Positions 26,066 to 39,478 of a stretch of 64,000 bases of DNA are shown one piece after another (within the stretch, counting starts at the first letter, position 1; every line of letters begins with the position of its first letter). The DNA is from Octopus sinensis (taxonomy: Eukaryota). The position numbers were made by a program, and so were the translations under genes. The notes below the pieces were generated by a model, which was not told the origin of the DNA, ran no database searches, and saw only the letters and a list, made by a program, of their open reading frames with translations. The stretch is from contig NC_043011.1 in the NCBI RefSeq assembly GCF_006345805.1, positions 56,370,464-56,434,463 of the forward strand. Direction: 5' to 3'.

Positions 26066-26405
26066 GCGGTCCGAAACGTGGTCCTATGTTATTCGTAAGA
26101 CCCGCAGAAGAGAAAGCAGGTCAACTCCCGACACCGAAAGCATCGACGGATGGATGAATGAATGCGCATCCAGGCTCAGCGGTTGCGCAGGAAGTCGGGG
26201 ACAAGAAACAGGAAGAAAGAGTGAAAGAAAAGTTGGAGCGAAAGAGTACCACAGCCCCCCCCCCCCTGCCGGAGCCTCGTGGAGCTTTATTTAGGTGTTT
26301 TCGCTCAATAAACACAACACACACAACGCCCGGTCTGGGAATCGAAACCGCGATCCTCCGACCGCGAGTCCGCTGCCCTAACCATTGGGCCCTTGCGCCT
26401 CCACT
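26066..26405 (-). mobile_element. tRNA-derived SINE family 3 with 14-bp TSD
   Basis: Head GGAGGCGCAAGGGCCCAATGGTTAGGGCAGCGGACTCGCG..GGTTTCGATTCCC; TSD TGAGACGTGGTTGA at 26052 and 26406. Confidence 0.88.
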
Positions 26406-26930
26406 TGAGACGTGGTTGATCCTCAGGTGGGCCACACTACTAGAAAAAAAAATTAAAGATCATTTTTCATTAGGCGTGCCATTTAGAAAGTTCCGGGGGC
26501 AGCAGCTTGCCTCTGACTACTCTAAATGATTACTTGACCAGCTATAAAATCTTCAAAACACGCTCATCTACCTTTGAAAAAGAAAAAAATACGTAGAACT
26601 ACTTCATATGATGACAGATTGAAAATGGAATGGGATAGTCGTGTCTGGGACGACTTTATCGATTAAGAGGTTGATATTTGCAACTTGTAACTAAACAAAA
26701 CTTCCCTGTCCATAGATTGCGAATTCTTGATTACGACTAATTAGGGAATTGGTAATTTGGAGAGATGAGATTGAGTAGAAGACAGAAGAGGCACTTCTGG
26801 TTGAGATATAAATGGAATAGTTTGAGACATAATCAAGAATCGAATCTAATACTTGATCGAATACAGGGATTTAAGAAAAATAGATTACTACACACACATC
26901 AAAATAGGAGATGGTCAAATATTTCTGATA

Positions 26931-27232
26931 TATTTATATATAGAAGTGAAGTTGTGTGTCTGTCTCCTACGATTTAGATTCCTAACTACTCCCACATTTT
27001 GCGGTGCAGTTTAACCAAAACCGGGTATCTTATAGTCGTGATTCATATCGAGCCCGTCTGAGTATTAGCGCGCGTCTACGATGAGTCTACGATTTAAAAA
27101 AAAATTTACCATCATTTTTTCCCATTTTTAATGCATTTTTTTGTTGCTATTAAATAAGGGAAGTAACTCTCTAAAAATGCTTATATACTTATTTCCCTTA
27201 CAAACCCGAGCAACGCCGGGCGATACTGCTAG
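26931..27232 (+). mobile_element. Helitron family A, short copy
   Basis: Same internal sequence and CCCGAGCAACGCCGGGCGATACTGCTAG end. Confidence 0.85.
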
Positions 27233-27951
27233 TTTATTATATAAGTGTATGTGTATATGTGTAAATATATATATATACGCATACATGTATGTGTGTGTAT
27301 GTGCGTGTGTGTGTTTCAAAAATTTGACAAAAACACAACAAATGGAAAATTTTACAAAAACAAAGCAGAAAATTCGTAGCTAATTCCTCACCAGTCAACG
27401 TCCCAGAGATCATTACAATTTCGTGCCTTATGTCCAGCATGGCCGCAGTCTAATGACTAAGACAAGTAAAAGATAAAAGTTATATAGACATACATGTATG
27501 TGTGTATGTATGATTGCATGTGTGCGTATGTATGTATGATGTATATATGTGTGTGTATATGTCTGTGTATGTGGCATCGTTATTCATTTCCAGGTATATA
27601 CATTCGTTACATGCGAGATGCTTCAGGCGTGGTGTCCTAAACCTTGAGAACTACTAACATATCTACGACTACACTTTGCAAACAAAATACCATAAACAAC
27701 CGTGACCGTTGTCCAGTAACTGTTGTATAAGGAATAATAAAAACACGACAGGCGAAGGTGAGCAGTCGGACTTTAAAGTTTGATTTCATAAGAAAAGAAG
27801 GAAAATTCATAATTTAATAAACAAAGGAAAACTGATGGAAAGTATATATATATATATATATATATGTTTTTATTATCGTTGAAATTAATATAGCCCAGAG
27901 TATGTTGATAAACCAAACAGAAATGAAATGTGTATATGTTGTTCTACTTAC

Positions 27952-28321
27952 CTTCGAGTGTCAGATCAATATCTGCCACAGAGTTCGCCGATCACTAGTA
28001 ACATACTTCCATAACAACCGAAAACTTATCATCTGTGCCATAATGACTGACTACAAACAGTGTCAAGTTTTTAATTCACACACCGTCTAAAGTTGGATAC
28101 AATCAAGTGGTTTATAGAAGCAGAGTAACTAGAATAATAATAAGAATTAATTATTCAGTCCGACAGCTGCTATGGCGATTACGAACAGGTCCAAGGAAAG
28201 ATTAAAAAAAGGAAAAGAAAAGAAAAGGAAAAGCAACCTAGGGAAGCTGGAAAAGTATTTTTTTCCAGTGAGTGTGCGCGCGTGTGTGTGTATGTGTGTG
28301 CGTGCGTGTGTTGTGCGTGTA

Positions 28322-28361
<40 letters not shown>

Positions 28362-28500
28362 GGTGCGTTGTATATTGTAAAACGATGAGAAAATAATGCA
28401 GTAGTGGACAACGAGTAGCTTCCAATAGAATAGCTTCTTTTTTTTTTTTTTTCAGACAAAAGTATATATTATAAACGTATAAGAATTCCGACACGAGGAA
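27952..28500 (-). other. Probable non-coding first (5'UTR) exon of the NHR-Roc gene
   Basis: Strong minus-strand donor GAAG|GTAAGT at 27951. CpG-retaining sequence upstream; only short uORFs. The 5' end is approximate and the link to the 11991 acceptor is inferred. Confidence 0.45.
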
Positions 28501-28539
28501 GAGAAAGAATGAATGAGAACCGAAGATAGATCTGAACAG

Positions 28540-28640
28540 AAGCGACGTGGTCAGTGGTTGTCATGCTACGCAGCTTATTGTCGTTTCCGTTGCTATAGGC
28601 TTCTGCCTCACGTGACCTGCAGAGCGGGAAATCAATGTCC
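28540..28640 (-). promoter_or_regulatory. Candidate promoter with E-box TCACGTGAC (28608-28616) and half X-box GTTGCTAT (28589-28596)
   Basis: Motifs seen directly in CpG-rich unique sequence just upstream of the candidate first exon. Confidence 0.4.
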
Positions 28641-29237
28641 AAAGCTGATAGAAGAACATAGTCCAGATAGATGTATTTAGTTTTAACCAAAATAGAAATG
28701 GATGGATATATTTAGATTATACCTTTTTTTAATCAATTAAAACAGATTATTCATATACGATAGAATTCTTCCACCTGATATTTTTGACTTTCATTAGTTA
28801 CTGAATACTCTTAATTATGAGAATCAGTGAAGTAGTTAATAGAGGTGTAAGGAACCTATTCCTTTATTACCCACAAGGGGCTAAACACAGAGGGAACAAA
28901 CAAGGACAGACATAGGTATTAAGTCGATTACATCGACCCCAGTGCGTAGAAAGAACCGATTGTTCCTCCCTCCTGAGCACAGTTTTCAAAATTGGCGCCA
29001 TTTATAAAATGCATAATCAATGAGTTAAAAAATTGTTTGGTATATGTAACAGCGCTTTATTAATTTTTTTTATGTACTCGCTAACTTTAGAACCTGACTA
29101 CGTCTCCGATTAAAATGTGCTCTGTAGAATGATAGAGAAGAACAAGTAAAGTTTTATTAAGTTTATTCTATATCTTGTTATATTTCGGGACGGTCATTTT
29201 TTTTTCCAAATAAACACACGCACTATATATTCGTTCT

Positions 29238-29470
29238 AAGGCGGCGAACTGGCAGAAACGTTAGCACGCCGGGCGAAATGCGTAGCCGTATTTCGTCTGC
29301 CGTTACGTTCAGAGTTCAAATTCCGCCGAGGTCGACTTTGCCTTTCATCCTTTCGGGGTCGATTAATAAAGTACCAGTTTCGCACTGGGGTCGATGTAAT
29401 CGACTTAATCCGTTTGTCCATCCTTGTTTGTCCCCTCTATGTTTAGCCCCTTGTGGGCAATAAAGAAATA
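29238..29470 (+). mobile_element. tRNA-derived SINE family 1 (Meta-domain-like core), full length with 14-bp TSD
   Basis: A/B boxes (GAGTTCAAATTCC); core GTCGACTTTGCCTTTCATCCTTTCGGGGTCGAT..AGTACC; TSD TATATATTCGTTCT at 29224 and 29471. Confidence 0.9.
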
Positions 29471-30537
29471 TATATATTCGTTCTTCAGATTTATTTTTGT
29501 TCTTATTTTATTGTCCTTTGAAAATTTTTCGTTACACGTCCTGTGACCTCTTCAGCGACTCTCCATCCCGCGTGTCTCCTGGTCCGTTTAGTCCATTCAG
29601 TTTTTCTGTGGTATGTATCCTTATCTGCGCATGCGTTTGTGCGCGCGCGCGTCTATGTTTTGTGTATATGGGTTTGCTTACTATACTGTTTGAACCCGTG
29701 TCCTTTATTTAATTTTTTTTCCCATTTATCTATTTATTTATCTATCTCTCTATTTTTTTCTCATTCCGTCTTAAGTATTGTATTTGTTTGTGCGTATGTG
29801 CGTGGGGGGGGGGGCATTATGTATTATACTGTTTGTATTTATGTCTTTTTTCTCATTCTATCTTTAGTCTTCATGTTGCGTAGTGTTGGGGAGGGGTGTT
29901 ACTGTTCCATTCGTATTTTCTGTTGAGGCTCAGTCTGTCTACTACTATGTGTGTAACCTCTGTAATCTGTCGAAGCGCCTGTTCTATGCGTTAATAATAC
30001 CTTAACATGAATGTTATTAACCGAGCTTCTATGTTCCAAGTGAGCGTGTTGGTAAAGCACTGATGAACTTTTCACCTCTTTCAGTTCCCGCCAGTGTCAC
30101 CTATCCGATCCCCTATGCTACGTGCTGTCTCCTCATTATGTTGTTGTCTTGTTTATGCACCGTCTCTGAGTACACTGTATGCTATAGATTTACAGTTAAC
30201 CTGTGGGTTCCTCCTACATACCATATAGTTGTTCTCTGTACACGGGGGACTTTTGAATGGATATCTTCTACAGATCATGGATTTTATGAGGATTCCTGGC
30301 CTTTCTACTGCTTTAATCCGTAGATTTACTTCATCTAATGTTTATTTTATTTCTTATTTGTGTTTGTTTTACTTCAAGTCAATCTCATTAAGCAGGCTTA
30401 TAACTTTTAGGAGTCATACCTACCGCCCTCTCTTTCTATCAAAGACCACATTGCTCACTGTGTAGCGGCACAAGCAGCCAGCGCCATATTGGATGAGATC
30501 TCGCGGCAGCCATTGCCATTTCCGAGACTGAAGCGAG

Positions 30538-31620
30538 ATATTTCTTTATTAACCTATAAAGGTTTTACATAGAGGGGACATTACAAGGACAGACAAGGGA
30601 CATTCAGGGTACAATCTCGCTTCTTACATACAGTGTGAAAAACCGGATGGATTTACATATATTGTGAATGAGGGTTAAAACTATAAATATAAATAATGAT
30701 CGGATGAGTTTTGGGTCCGGGTTAGTGAGTTAACCCGCCGGTTGGTTATCCCTTTTTGGTAATCTTTTCCTTCCTTTTATGCTCCGACCGACAGTGCAAG
30801 CACAGCCTAGGGCTTTCTCATCTTTCTTACCACTGTCGTCCATCTTTTTCCAAACGCTCTTTGCGGCAGGCTCCTCCTCTCCAGACGGATCTTGCTGGAC
30901 AGAAGGGCACTGAAGTAATTCACCAGCCCACGTCGGGAGATGAATTGGCCTGTCGCAATCCCTTTTGCTCGCGTCTTCCATACCACATCTTTCAGTATGG
31001 TTACTATGCAGAGAAAAGCTACCTTCTTTTCTTTGGCTAAAGAGGAAGGTGGTACAATCTTTATCATGGACTCGGACGAGAGTCGTACTCTTTCCGCATC
31101 CGACAACAGCTGTTCGGCAAAGGCCATCAACTCCCTGAGACTGGAGCGAGACCCCACCTGCATCCATTTGCCATACGCGAGATCACAACGAGGCTCACGA
31201 TGGGAAAAACAATATAAAGGGTAAACCGATTCAGACCTGTCTCTCCTTCAGCGCCACTACACAGCAGCGCTGGCTGAACACCACCACTGGCAGAGGATTT
31301 CTGCCTGTCTATCTCCAGAGGCAATGCATCCACACTAAAGGAGCTTAAGATGGTAGCTGAGATCAGCACACATCACCTTTCCTGTAAATAAACCAGTTGT
31401 AAATAGCAGTTGTATTTCTTCGCCTGCCGGAAGCCTGAACTATCTAGAGAACAAGAAGATGATGGAAGGAAACAATATTCCTCTGAGATCGTAAATCTTA
31501 CCTTCCATTATTAATTCTTTAAACGGTAAAGTGTAGTTTCTCATAGATCGAACGATCTTGTAGTGACTGTTGCAATGGTCCCTTTAACAGAGAAGGTGTT
31601 GACCGCTAAACTCATTACGA
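30538..31620 (-). mobile_element. Internally deleted Tx1/L1-clade LINE
   Basis: ORF 31163-30807 (AFLCIVTILKDVVWKTR..F..LLSSKIRLER..AFGKRW) resembles the Tx1 ORF2 C-terminus. Possible endonuclease remnant near 31.6 kb. 3' end AATAAAGAAATA. 5' boundary approximate. Confidence 0.7.
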
Positions 31621-33406
31621 ATACTTATGCTAGACGATAACGAATATTATTTTCATCCAGCAGTATCAACGTCAAGCAGTGCCTAGGCAGATGCGAACAT
31701 AAGAAAAAAATTCTTTCTTATGGTAAAAATGTGTAAAAACATTTTTACCATAAGTATGCCTGTAACATGTTACAACTTATAAAGGCAAACGCTGCATCTG
31801 GGACTCCGATAGGGGGCAGTACTGAGCGGATATGGTGCTTTTACATTTTTATACGACAAGACAGAATTTTTTCTCCACAATAAAATGCAGTGAGTTCGCC
31901 TTTAGAAGATGAAATATGTTACAACCATATTCTATCTAGCCTAAAGCTCGCCTACTTTAATTATTCCAGCATGTAAGGGAGACAAGTTAGAATACATTTC
32001 GGCCTGTTAGACATCTTCAGTAAAGCGTAGATTTCGTAGCACTTGTTGAAGTTGTGACAAGTGAGTAAGTAAAGAAAATTAAAATACTTTAGAGAATAAA
32101 CAACTCAAAAGGAACTGCTCTGAGACATCATCTTCACATAATTTCTTTTTAGCTAAATCTCTATATATATAAACGGCAAAATGTGTGTGTGTGTGTATCC
32201 TTTATACAAATCCACACCTTTTCACTTAGAGGGCTCGCACTTTCGATAGTAATTCAAAACCGTCCAAGGGTGGTCGTGCACATCTTTACATTTTCCCAGT
32301 CACTCTAGAAAATCAATAAAAGTGATTTTTTGTGAATTTTCTATCCCAAACCCAATCAAAATGCCCGAAACTTGATACGCCAATTGAATGTCAGTTAGTT
32401 GTATGTGATTCGTAGGAGATTTCGCGTGTATGTGCGCACACACGCAGCTGTATATGCATGCTCTAGCACTATGACCTGGCGTTGCGAGGTCATAGTGCCA
32501 GTGAGTGTTAATATATTTAATGTAGTAAACGCTAAAGGACTAATTGTAGATATTCAGGAAAAGACTATATAAAATACTTTATGTAGGAAGCCAAGACATT
32601 TTAATCATTTATAATTATACATGAAATGGTGGAGAAAATTTATATCTAATTGTGAGCAAAAATGGCAGGGGAGACAACTCAGGAATTTTAATTGATAAAA
32701 AATAGAATTCAAGAGAAGTGAACCTGATTCTTAGTAATGCATGTTTCAGTCGTAAAGCATACTGTAACCGTTATTGCCATGTAGAATAACATGAGGAGAT
32801 GTCAGCTTTGAGCGAATGAACATTGAATTAAAACTTGAAATGCCGACTGGGATAAAAATACATACTGAAATGAGCACCTACGTTCTTGATGCAAAAACTG
32901 ATGAGGAAAAAATCATCTTTATTGTTAATTATGATCAAGAATGTGAGGAGAGACACCTTGGAATTAATGTTGATTAAATTGAATTATAAATGGAATACTA
33001 TGAGAAATGAATTTGGTCGATAACAGCACAATGACAACTCTGGACATGTTTTAGTATTATTAAGCCTCATCAGTTAAGCATAAAAGATACATAGTTCATT
33101 GACCGTATGGCGTCAGTTATAATACTGTATTTGATAGTGTAAAAAGTGCACAAGCATATTAGATGCATTATAATTTTAGCAGCGCATATTCAGGAAAAAA
33201 GTTTATAGTGCATTAAAGCATGTAATATTTAAAGTAACCTTGCTGTGCAGAATCGTTTGTAGGTCGAACAAAATGATTAGCAGAATTTCGTCCGTCTTTA
33301 CGTTCTCAGTTCAAATGCCGCTGGGGTCAACTCTGCTTTTCATCCCCTCAGAGTCGATAAAATAAGTGTCAGTAAAATACTGGGGATCGATGTAAGTGTT
33401 TGCCCC

Positions 33407-33816
33407 GGATCTTTTCGGTTTGAACGGCAGTTTTTTAAAAATAATTTCCACGTAACTAAACAATTTTAAACTTCGTATTCTGGTAGAATATGTTTATAAA
33501 ACATCTTTTTCTCTTGGCTTTATTGAGGAAATTCTATAGCTTGTAAGATATTTGTTGTTTTTTTTCTTCAATTTCTGCAATTTCAACCAATTAATGACGT
33601 CTATTGAGGTGAAAACGTTCGGTGCCGTATGAATATGTCCCTCGTTTAAGAAACAGATTGGGTTTATTTACATTTCTGAAGGAAAAAAGATACCCTTCCC
33701 CCTAACCCTAACCCTAAAACAGATTGAAATGCAATAGATCGATACTGGGGTCATAATTATGGGTGACAATTTCATATGACACCGCTAGAAAAAACTGCCG
33801 TTCAAACCGAAAAGAT
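33407..33816 (+). mobile_element. Same MITE family (right end clipped)
   Basis: Aligns with the copies at 41874 and 45152. Confidence 0.85.
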
Positions 33817-35917
33817 AAAAAAAATGTACCTAGTAGTATATTATTAAACATTACAAAACCACCTTAGCTATAGCAGAAACATTACTATATACAACTGGTA
33901 TATAGAGTCAAGCTAGAAAAGACCGCCTAAATTAACATTAGCCTACATTAATGTACGTCTCGAACAAAATTAGATTATGGGAGGCCTAGCTTCGCAAATA
34001 AGATGCAGGGTGATTTTTGGAGACTTTTTTCTTTTCGAAAAAGTGTCTTATATACTATTAAATAAGGTATATTTATAGCAGTACTCATGTAGTAATTTTC
34101 TAAAAAATATTACCGAGCAGTAGCTAATATAAGATATTAACGTGTATTAGTTGTAAGTGGAGGTAAGAATGACGGTGTTTTTTAAATTACGTCGTCAGAT
34201 CAAGCAATCTTGTACCAGGTCACTAAACATGAGAAAACACGATACCGTTTCATGTTTACTAAAAAACAAAAACAACAAAAAATAAGTAATTCATCTCACA
34301 CATTCATTATGTACAATAACATATTTCAGCTTTCAATTTTATTTTCATTATTCGAAACATTTTCATTAAAACATGATTTAGTCATGTTTTAATTTAGTCT
34401 GGACGATATATATTTTATCGAATGTTCTTTTTGTTTCAAGTTTATCGTAATGGCTGTATATTGATCAATGATATATTTCAAATTTATGAGCTGAAGTGTG
34501 CTTGGTTAATTACTGTTCATCACCTGTTTCTTTGTCGCAGCTTCCTTCTGCAACACTCCCTCCCCTTTGGAAATCTGGTTTTCCATTTCCTTTATTGATG
34601 ATGTCACCGGAAGATCTTTGCTTAAGATCGTCGTTGCTTTGTTTGGATGTCTTACAAATGTCATGTGTTTGCATTAAGCCCGAGTATTCTATCGACTTCA
34701 TTTTTTTCTTAGAGCACTACTTTCATTCATCAATGCCTATAGTTTGTGAGGAAGAAGCAAGCTGTTTATGAAAAATGCCATTTGACACCAGATTATAGTT
34801 AAACCTGACTATTAAAAGGAAATGATATGACCTAGTTACTCTATTCATCATGACATAACTCAAGAAATAATTTTGTATTAGCAGAACTGTTAGAATATGG
34901 AGTAAAACGCATAACTAACATTTTAGTTAGAACTCCTTTCGTTGTAGTAACATCTCGTTAACGTCAACTGTGCCTTTCATTCTTCCGGAGTTGATAAAAT
35001 AAAGCTCCATTGAATATGGGAGTCTGTTTATATTCCTATAGATCAGTATCCAAGGTATAAATGGAATTATAAATAGAAGCACGAGCACGCTGCTTCTGCT
35101 AATTACAACTTAAAGTGAACTAGCTAGAAATGCCAGTCACTCCTACGATTTAATTCTCCTTCAGGTTTAATATCTTTATTGTATTGATCTTGTCTCCTCA
35201 TTCTTTACATAAAACTTAAAACAAGACATTTTTTCCAATTCTTAGATAAATGTCTTTTTATTTATTTATTTATTGTAAAACGGACTTGATAGCGAAATTT
35301 TGATGTATTTTAGAGTGATACCTTGTGCCTATGTTGGAAATCAATATATTTTTAGATTGATAGAGAATCTTGTTCCGAAAATGTATCGTCTCGAATTGAT
35401 TAACTACTTTTGCACTGGTTACATCTAAATATAAATCAATCTATATTGGAGGAAGATGTTTCCGATTTGTGTGCTATTTGGTTTGTACCAGAGCACCGTA
35501 ATGTGAAAATAATCTCTTAGCAAACCGATTCTCGGTTCCAACTGTTTTGCTTCTTTTACGCTGTTAGTTCTCTTGAGAAGAAGCATGGATGTTACAACTT
35601 ACCATTTGTTCTTTTCCAAAATAAAAATGAAAAACATCAGACTTTATTCTTGTAAATTCAACCGAAGCTAAAAGCTTGGTAACTGATGACTTCTGCCATG
35701 ATAACTTAAAGGCGAAGACTTGAGCCATCTAATGAAGTGAAAGATGTAGAAGGTTACGAAACACTTTATTATGCTCGTACTCTCTTATTACACAACAAAT
35801 CTGCTGGGCAGGGACGAAGAAAAGATGTTTTTAAAGCCGTTTGTATGACTCATATTTAAGCAACTCATTCCTTTTTCAAGAATATGTTTCACGTAAAACA
35901 ACGAAAATTATACATTA

Positions 35918-37895
35918 CTAGCAGTATCGCCCGGCGTTGCTCGGGTTTGTAAGGGAAATAACTATACAGCATTTTTAGAGAGTTATAGCCAAAAAATAGC
36001 AAAAAAATGCATTAAAAATGGAAAAAATATGATGGTAAATTTTTTTTAAATCGTTGACTCATCGTAGACATTTTTAGAGAGTTACTTCCCTTTAAAAAAA
36101 TATGCAGGAAAATGGAAAAAAATGATGGTAAATCTATATATATAAAACTGTAGTTGTGTGAGTGTCTGTCCCCTTCGATTTAGATTCCTAACTACTCCCA
36201 CATTTTGCGGTGCAGTTTAACCAAATTCGGGTATCTTATAGTCGTGATTCATATCGAGCCCGTCTGGGTATTAGCGCGCGTCTACGATGAGTCTACGATT
36301 TTAAAAATAATTTAACATCATTTTTTATTCCATTTTAATGCATAATTTTTCGTGTGTCGATGGCGGCGGAGTTGGCGTCCATGCTCACACCTGCACCTGT
36401 TTGCTTCTCCCCCTTCTTCCCTCCCTCGTGAAGCTGTGGGGAAGGGAGTGTAAGGAAATCAACATCGTAAAGCGTTGTCAAGGAGACCAGCGTTCTTTTA
36501 GAACAACGACTTCATGGCTTGAAGACACCAAAACAGAAATGGCTAAGAAAGCCCGAAAGCAAATTCTACAAAATCGGGAAACACGCCACACAGGAAAGGT
36601 TTCCCGTGCAAATAATTTGCACAATTTAATGTTATAGTTATTGCACAACTTTTACTTAAAAAATATTATCCAAACACAAACTTTTGAAGGCAATATTGTA
36701 TGGCGATGGTACTTGTGAAATATGGTAATGGATTTAGTAGCCAAAAGGAGAGAGCAGAGGCATAGTATGGTGGTGGTGGAGGCGGTGGTAGTGGCAGTGG
36801 TGGTGGCGGTGGTGCTGGTAGTGGTGATGGTGGTCGTGGTGGTCGTCGTGTTTGTGGTGGTGGTGGTGTTGGTGTTGGTGGTGGTGGTGATGGTGGTCGT
36901 GGTGGTGGTGGTGGTGTTGGTGTTGGTGGTGGTGGTGATGGTGGTCGTGGTGGTGGTGGTGGTGTTGGTGTTGGTGGTGGTGGTGATGGTGGTCGTGGTG
37001 GTGGTGGTGGTGGTGGCTGAAGCTGTCGTCTGGGTTCTTCCAATTTTTTCGTGTGTCAGTGGCGGCGTTGGCGTTCATGCTCGCACCTGCACCTGTGTAG
37101 CTCCTCCCCTTCTTCCCTCCCTCGTGAAGCTGTGAGGAAGGCAGGGTAGGGAAATCAACGTCGTAAAGCGTTGTCAAGGAGACCAGCGTTCTTTTAGAAC
37201 AACGACTTCATGGCTTGAAGTCGCCAAAACAGAAATCGCTAAAAAAGCTGAAACAGATCCACAAAAACGGCAAAAACCGCCACACAGGGCAGGTTTCCTG
37301 TGCAAACAATTTGCACAACCGAATGTTTTAGTTGTTGCACAAATCTTTATATATAAAAGTGAAGTTGTGTGTCTGTCTCCTACGATTTAGATTCCTAACT
37401 ACTCCCACATTTTGCGGTGCAGTTTAACCCAAACCGGGTATCTTATAGTCGTGATTCATATCGAGCCCTTCTGGGTATTAGCGCGCGTGTACGATTTTAA
37501 AAAAATTACCATCATTTTTTTCCATTTTAATGCATTTTTTCGCTATTATATTAGGGAAGTAACTCTCTAAAAATGTCTACGATGAGTCAACGATTTAAAA
37601 AAAAAATTACCATCATTTCTTATTCCATTTTTAATGCATTTTTTTGCTATAACTCACTAAAAATGCTTATATAGTTATTTCCCTTACAACCCGAGCAACG
37701 CCGGCCGATACTGCTAGTTATTTTTAAAATCGTAGACTCATCGTAGACAAGCGCTAATACTCAGAAGGGCTCGATATGAATCACGACTATAAGATACCCG
37801 GTTTTGGTTAAACTGCACCGCAAAATGTGGGAGTAGTTAGGAATCTAAATCGAAGGGGACAGACACTCATACAACTACAGTTTTATATATATAGA
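35918..37895 (-). mobile_element. Helitron family A (minus) containing a plus-strand 1.6-kb family A copy (36133-37717)
   Basis: Outer CTAG at 35918 and TC at 37895. The inner element runs a|TC...CTAG|t, and removing it restores GGTAAA|TTATTTTTAAAATCGTAG. Confidence 0.85.
36768..37017 (+). repeat. (GGT)n-derived repeat with higher-order period inside the Helitron
   Basis: Seen directly; explains the poly-Pro, poly-Val and poly-His ORFs. Confidence 0.9.
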
Positions 37896-38101
37896 TTTAC
37901 ATTTGACGGATATTTGTCCTCATCTTGTTAACAACGTTTCGGCTGATACCCTCCAGTTTTCATCAGGTGTCTTGGAAAAATTTCGAACCTGGGTTCTCAT
38001 TCCTAAGATAGTTTTCGATGTTACTATTATTCAGGTCACTGCCTAGAATCGAACTCGGAATCTTAGAGTTAGTACCCCGCGCTCTTAACTACTACGTCAT
38101 A
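37896..38101 (-). mobile_element. Second locus of the tRNA-head + hammerhead element
   Basis: Same head (TATGACGTAGTAGTTAAGAGCGCG...GAGTTCGATTC) and CTGATGA...CAGCCGAAACGTT. Its tail is interrupted by the Helitron at 35918-37895. Confidence 0.78.
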
Positions 38102-38680
38102 AATTATAATCATAATAATGTGCCCGAAAATTATAATCATAGTAATACTGATATTTTTCATTATGAATAGAGGCTCTATATTTAAGAACTAAGCAAGGCG
38201 TAACTTTCTGTCTTTCTCAAAGACTTCAGAGATATAAATATAGTGAAATGTTTTTAACTTCAGAGATAAACCTGTTGTTTGGTTTCCGTCTGCTCCTTCG
38301 ACTACGACGCTCGTCAGTGATGTCTAATCATGCTGATATATTTACTTTTTTTTTGTACTATAGGCAAAAGGCTTGAAATTTGACGAGTAGTGGGGGCAGC
38401 CGATTTCATTGATCTCACACCTGGTACTTATTTCATCGATCCCGAAAGGATAAAAGGTAAAGTTGACCTCGGCTGAATTCGAAGAACGAAGACATGTTGT
38501 TAGGCATTTTGTCCGGCATGTTAACGTTTCTGCCAGCTTTGGCACAAGGCCATAGACGTTATCAAAATGAAATATGCTTCTCTATATTAAACTGATTTGT
38601 AAACATATTGCGTGATGGTTCAAATAAAACTGTCTCGGTTGCTGACATTTCTATATTTCTATCGCCCTTTATACTCATAA

Positions 38681-39478
38681 TGGATCACAGACTGGCAACT
38701 GAAACTGGCTGTGGACAAGTGTACCACCATACATTTTGGGAGAAAAAACCCTGCGTCCACATACTCCCTCCACAACACTGATATCAAGAAATCCTCTTGC
38801 GAGCGTGACCTAGGCATCACTGTCAGCAGTGATTTGCGTTGGACAAAGCATATCTCTAAAATTGTCAAGAAGGCCGAGGGTGTCTTGGCATCACTCAGCA
38901 AGACTTTTGTTAGCCGCTCTCCAGCCATCTATTTAAAACTGTATACAGCTATGGTACGACCACACTTGGAATTCGCATCATCAGTTTGGAACCCCTATCT
39001 TGCTCAGAACATTGACCTCCTGGAATCTGTTCAGAGACGTGCAACCAAACGCATACCCTCCATCAGACACCTACCATATTCTGAGCGCCTTGTTTTCCTG
39101 GGCATGGATTCACTGAAGCTCCGGCGTCTGGCGACGGACTTGGTAAACACCCACAAAGTTGTCAACCACCTCACCAATAACAACACTGAACACCTTTTTG
39201 ATCTCCATGTGCCTAACACACGTGGACATGCCTACAAAGTCAGAAAACAACACAGCTCCCATGACTTTCGGAAACATTTCTTCACACTCAGAGTTGCTGA
39301 AGCATGGAATAAACTGCCTGCGTCAGTTGTTGACTGCCATGACACTGCATCCTTTAAGGCCCTCATGCTTTCCGAAATCCATCGAAACTACACCTGATTA
39401 TATATACACTTTCGATGAGTTGTAGTGCACCTGAGCACTGTACACAATGTTTATTATTATTATTATTATTATTATTAT
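38681..39478 (+). mobile_element. 5'-truncated CR1-clade LINE (ORF2 C-terminus, 3'UTR, (TTA)n tail)
   Basis: Open frame 38681-39397: KCTTIHFGRKN, ERDLGI, LYTAMVRPHLEFASSVWNPY, LESVQRRATK, TRGH, FFTLRVAEAWNKLP. Ends in a ttattatta tail. Confidence 0.93.

Noticed and set aside
36666-37177. Poly-Pro, poly-Val and poly-His ORFs
   Set aside because: They are translations of a (GGT)n repeat inside a non-autonomous Helitron.
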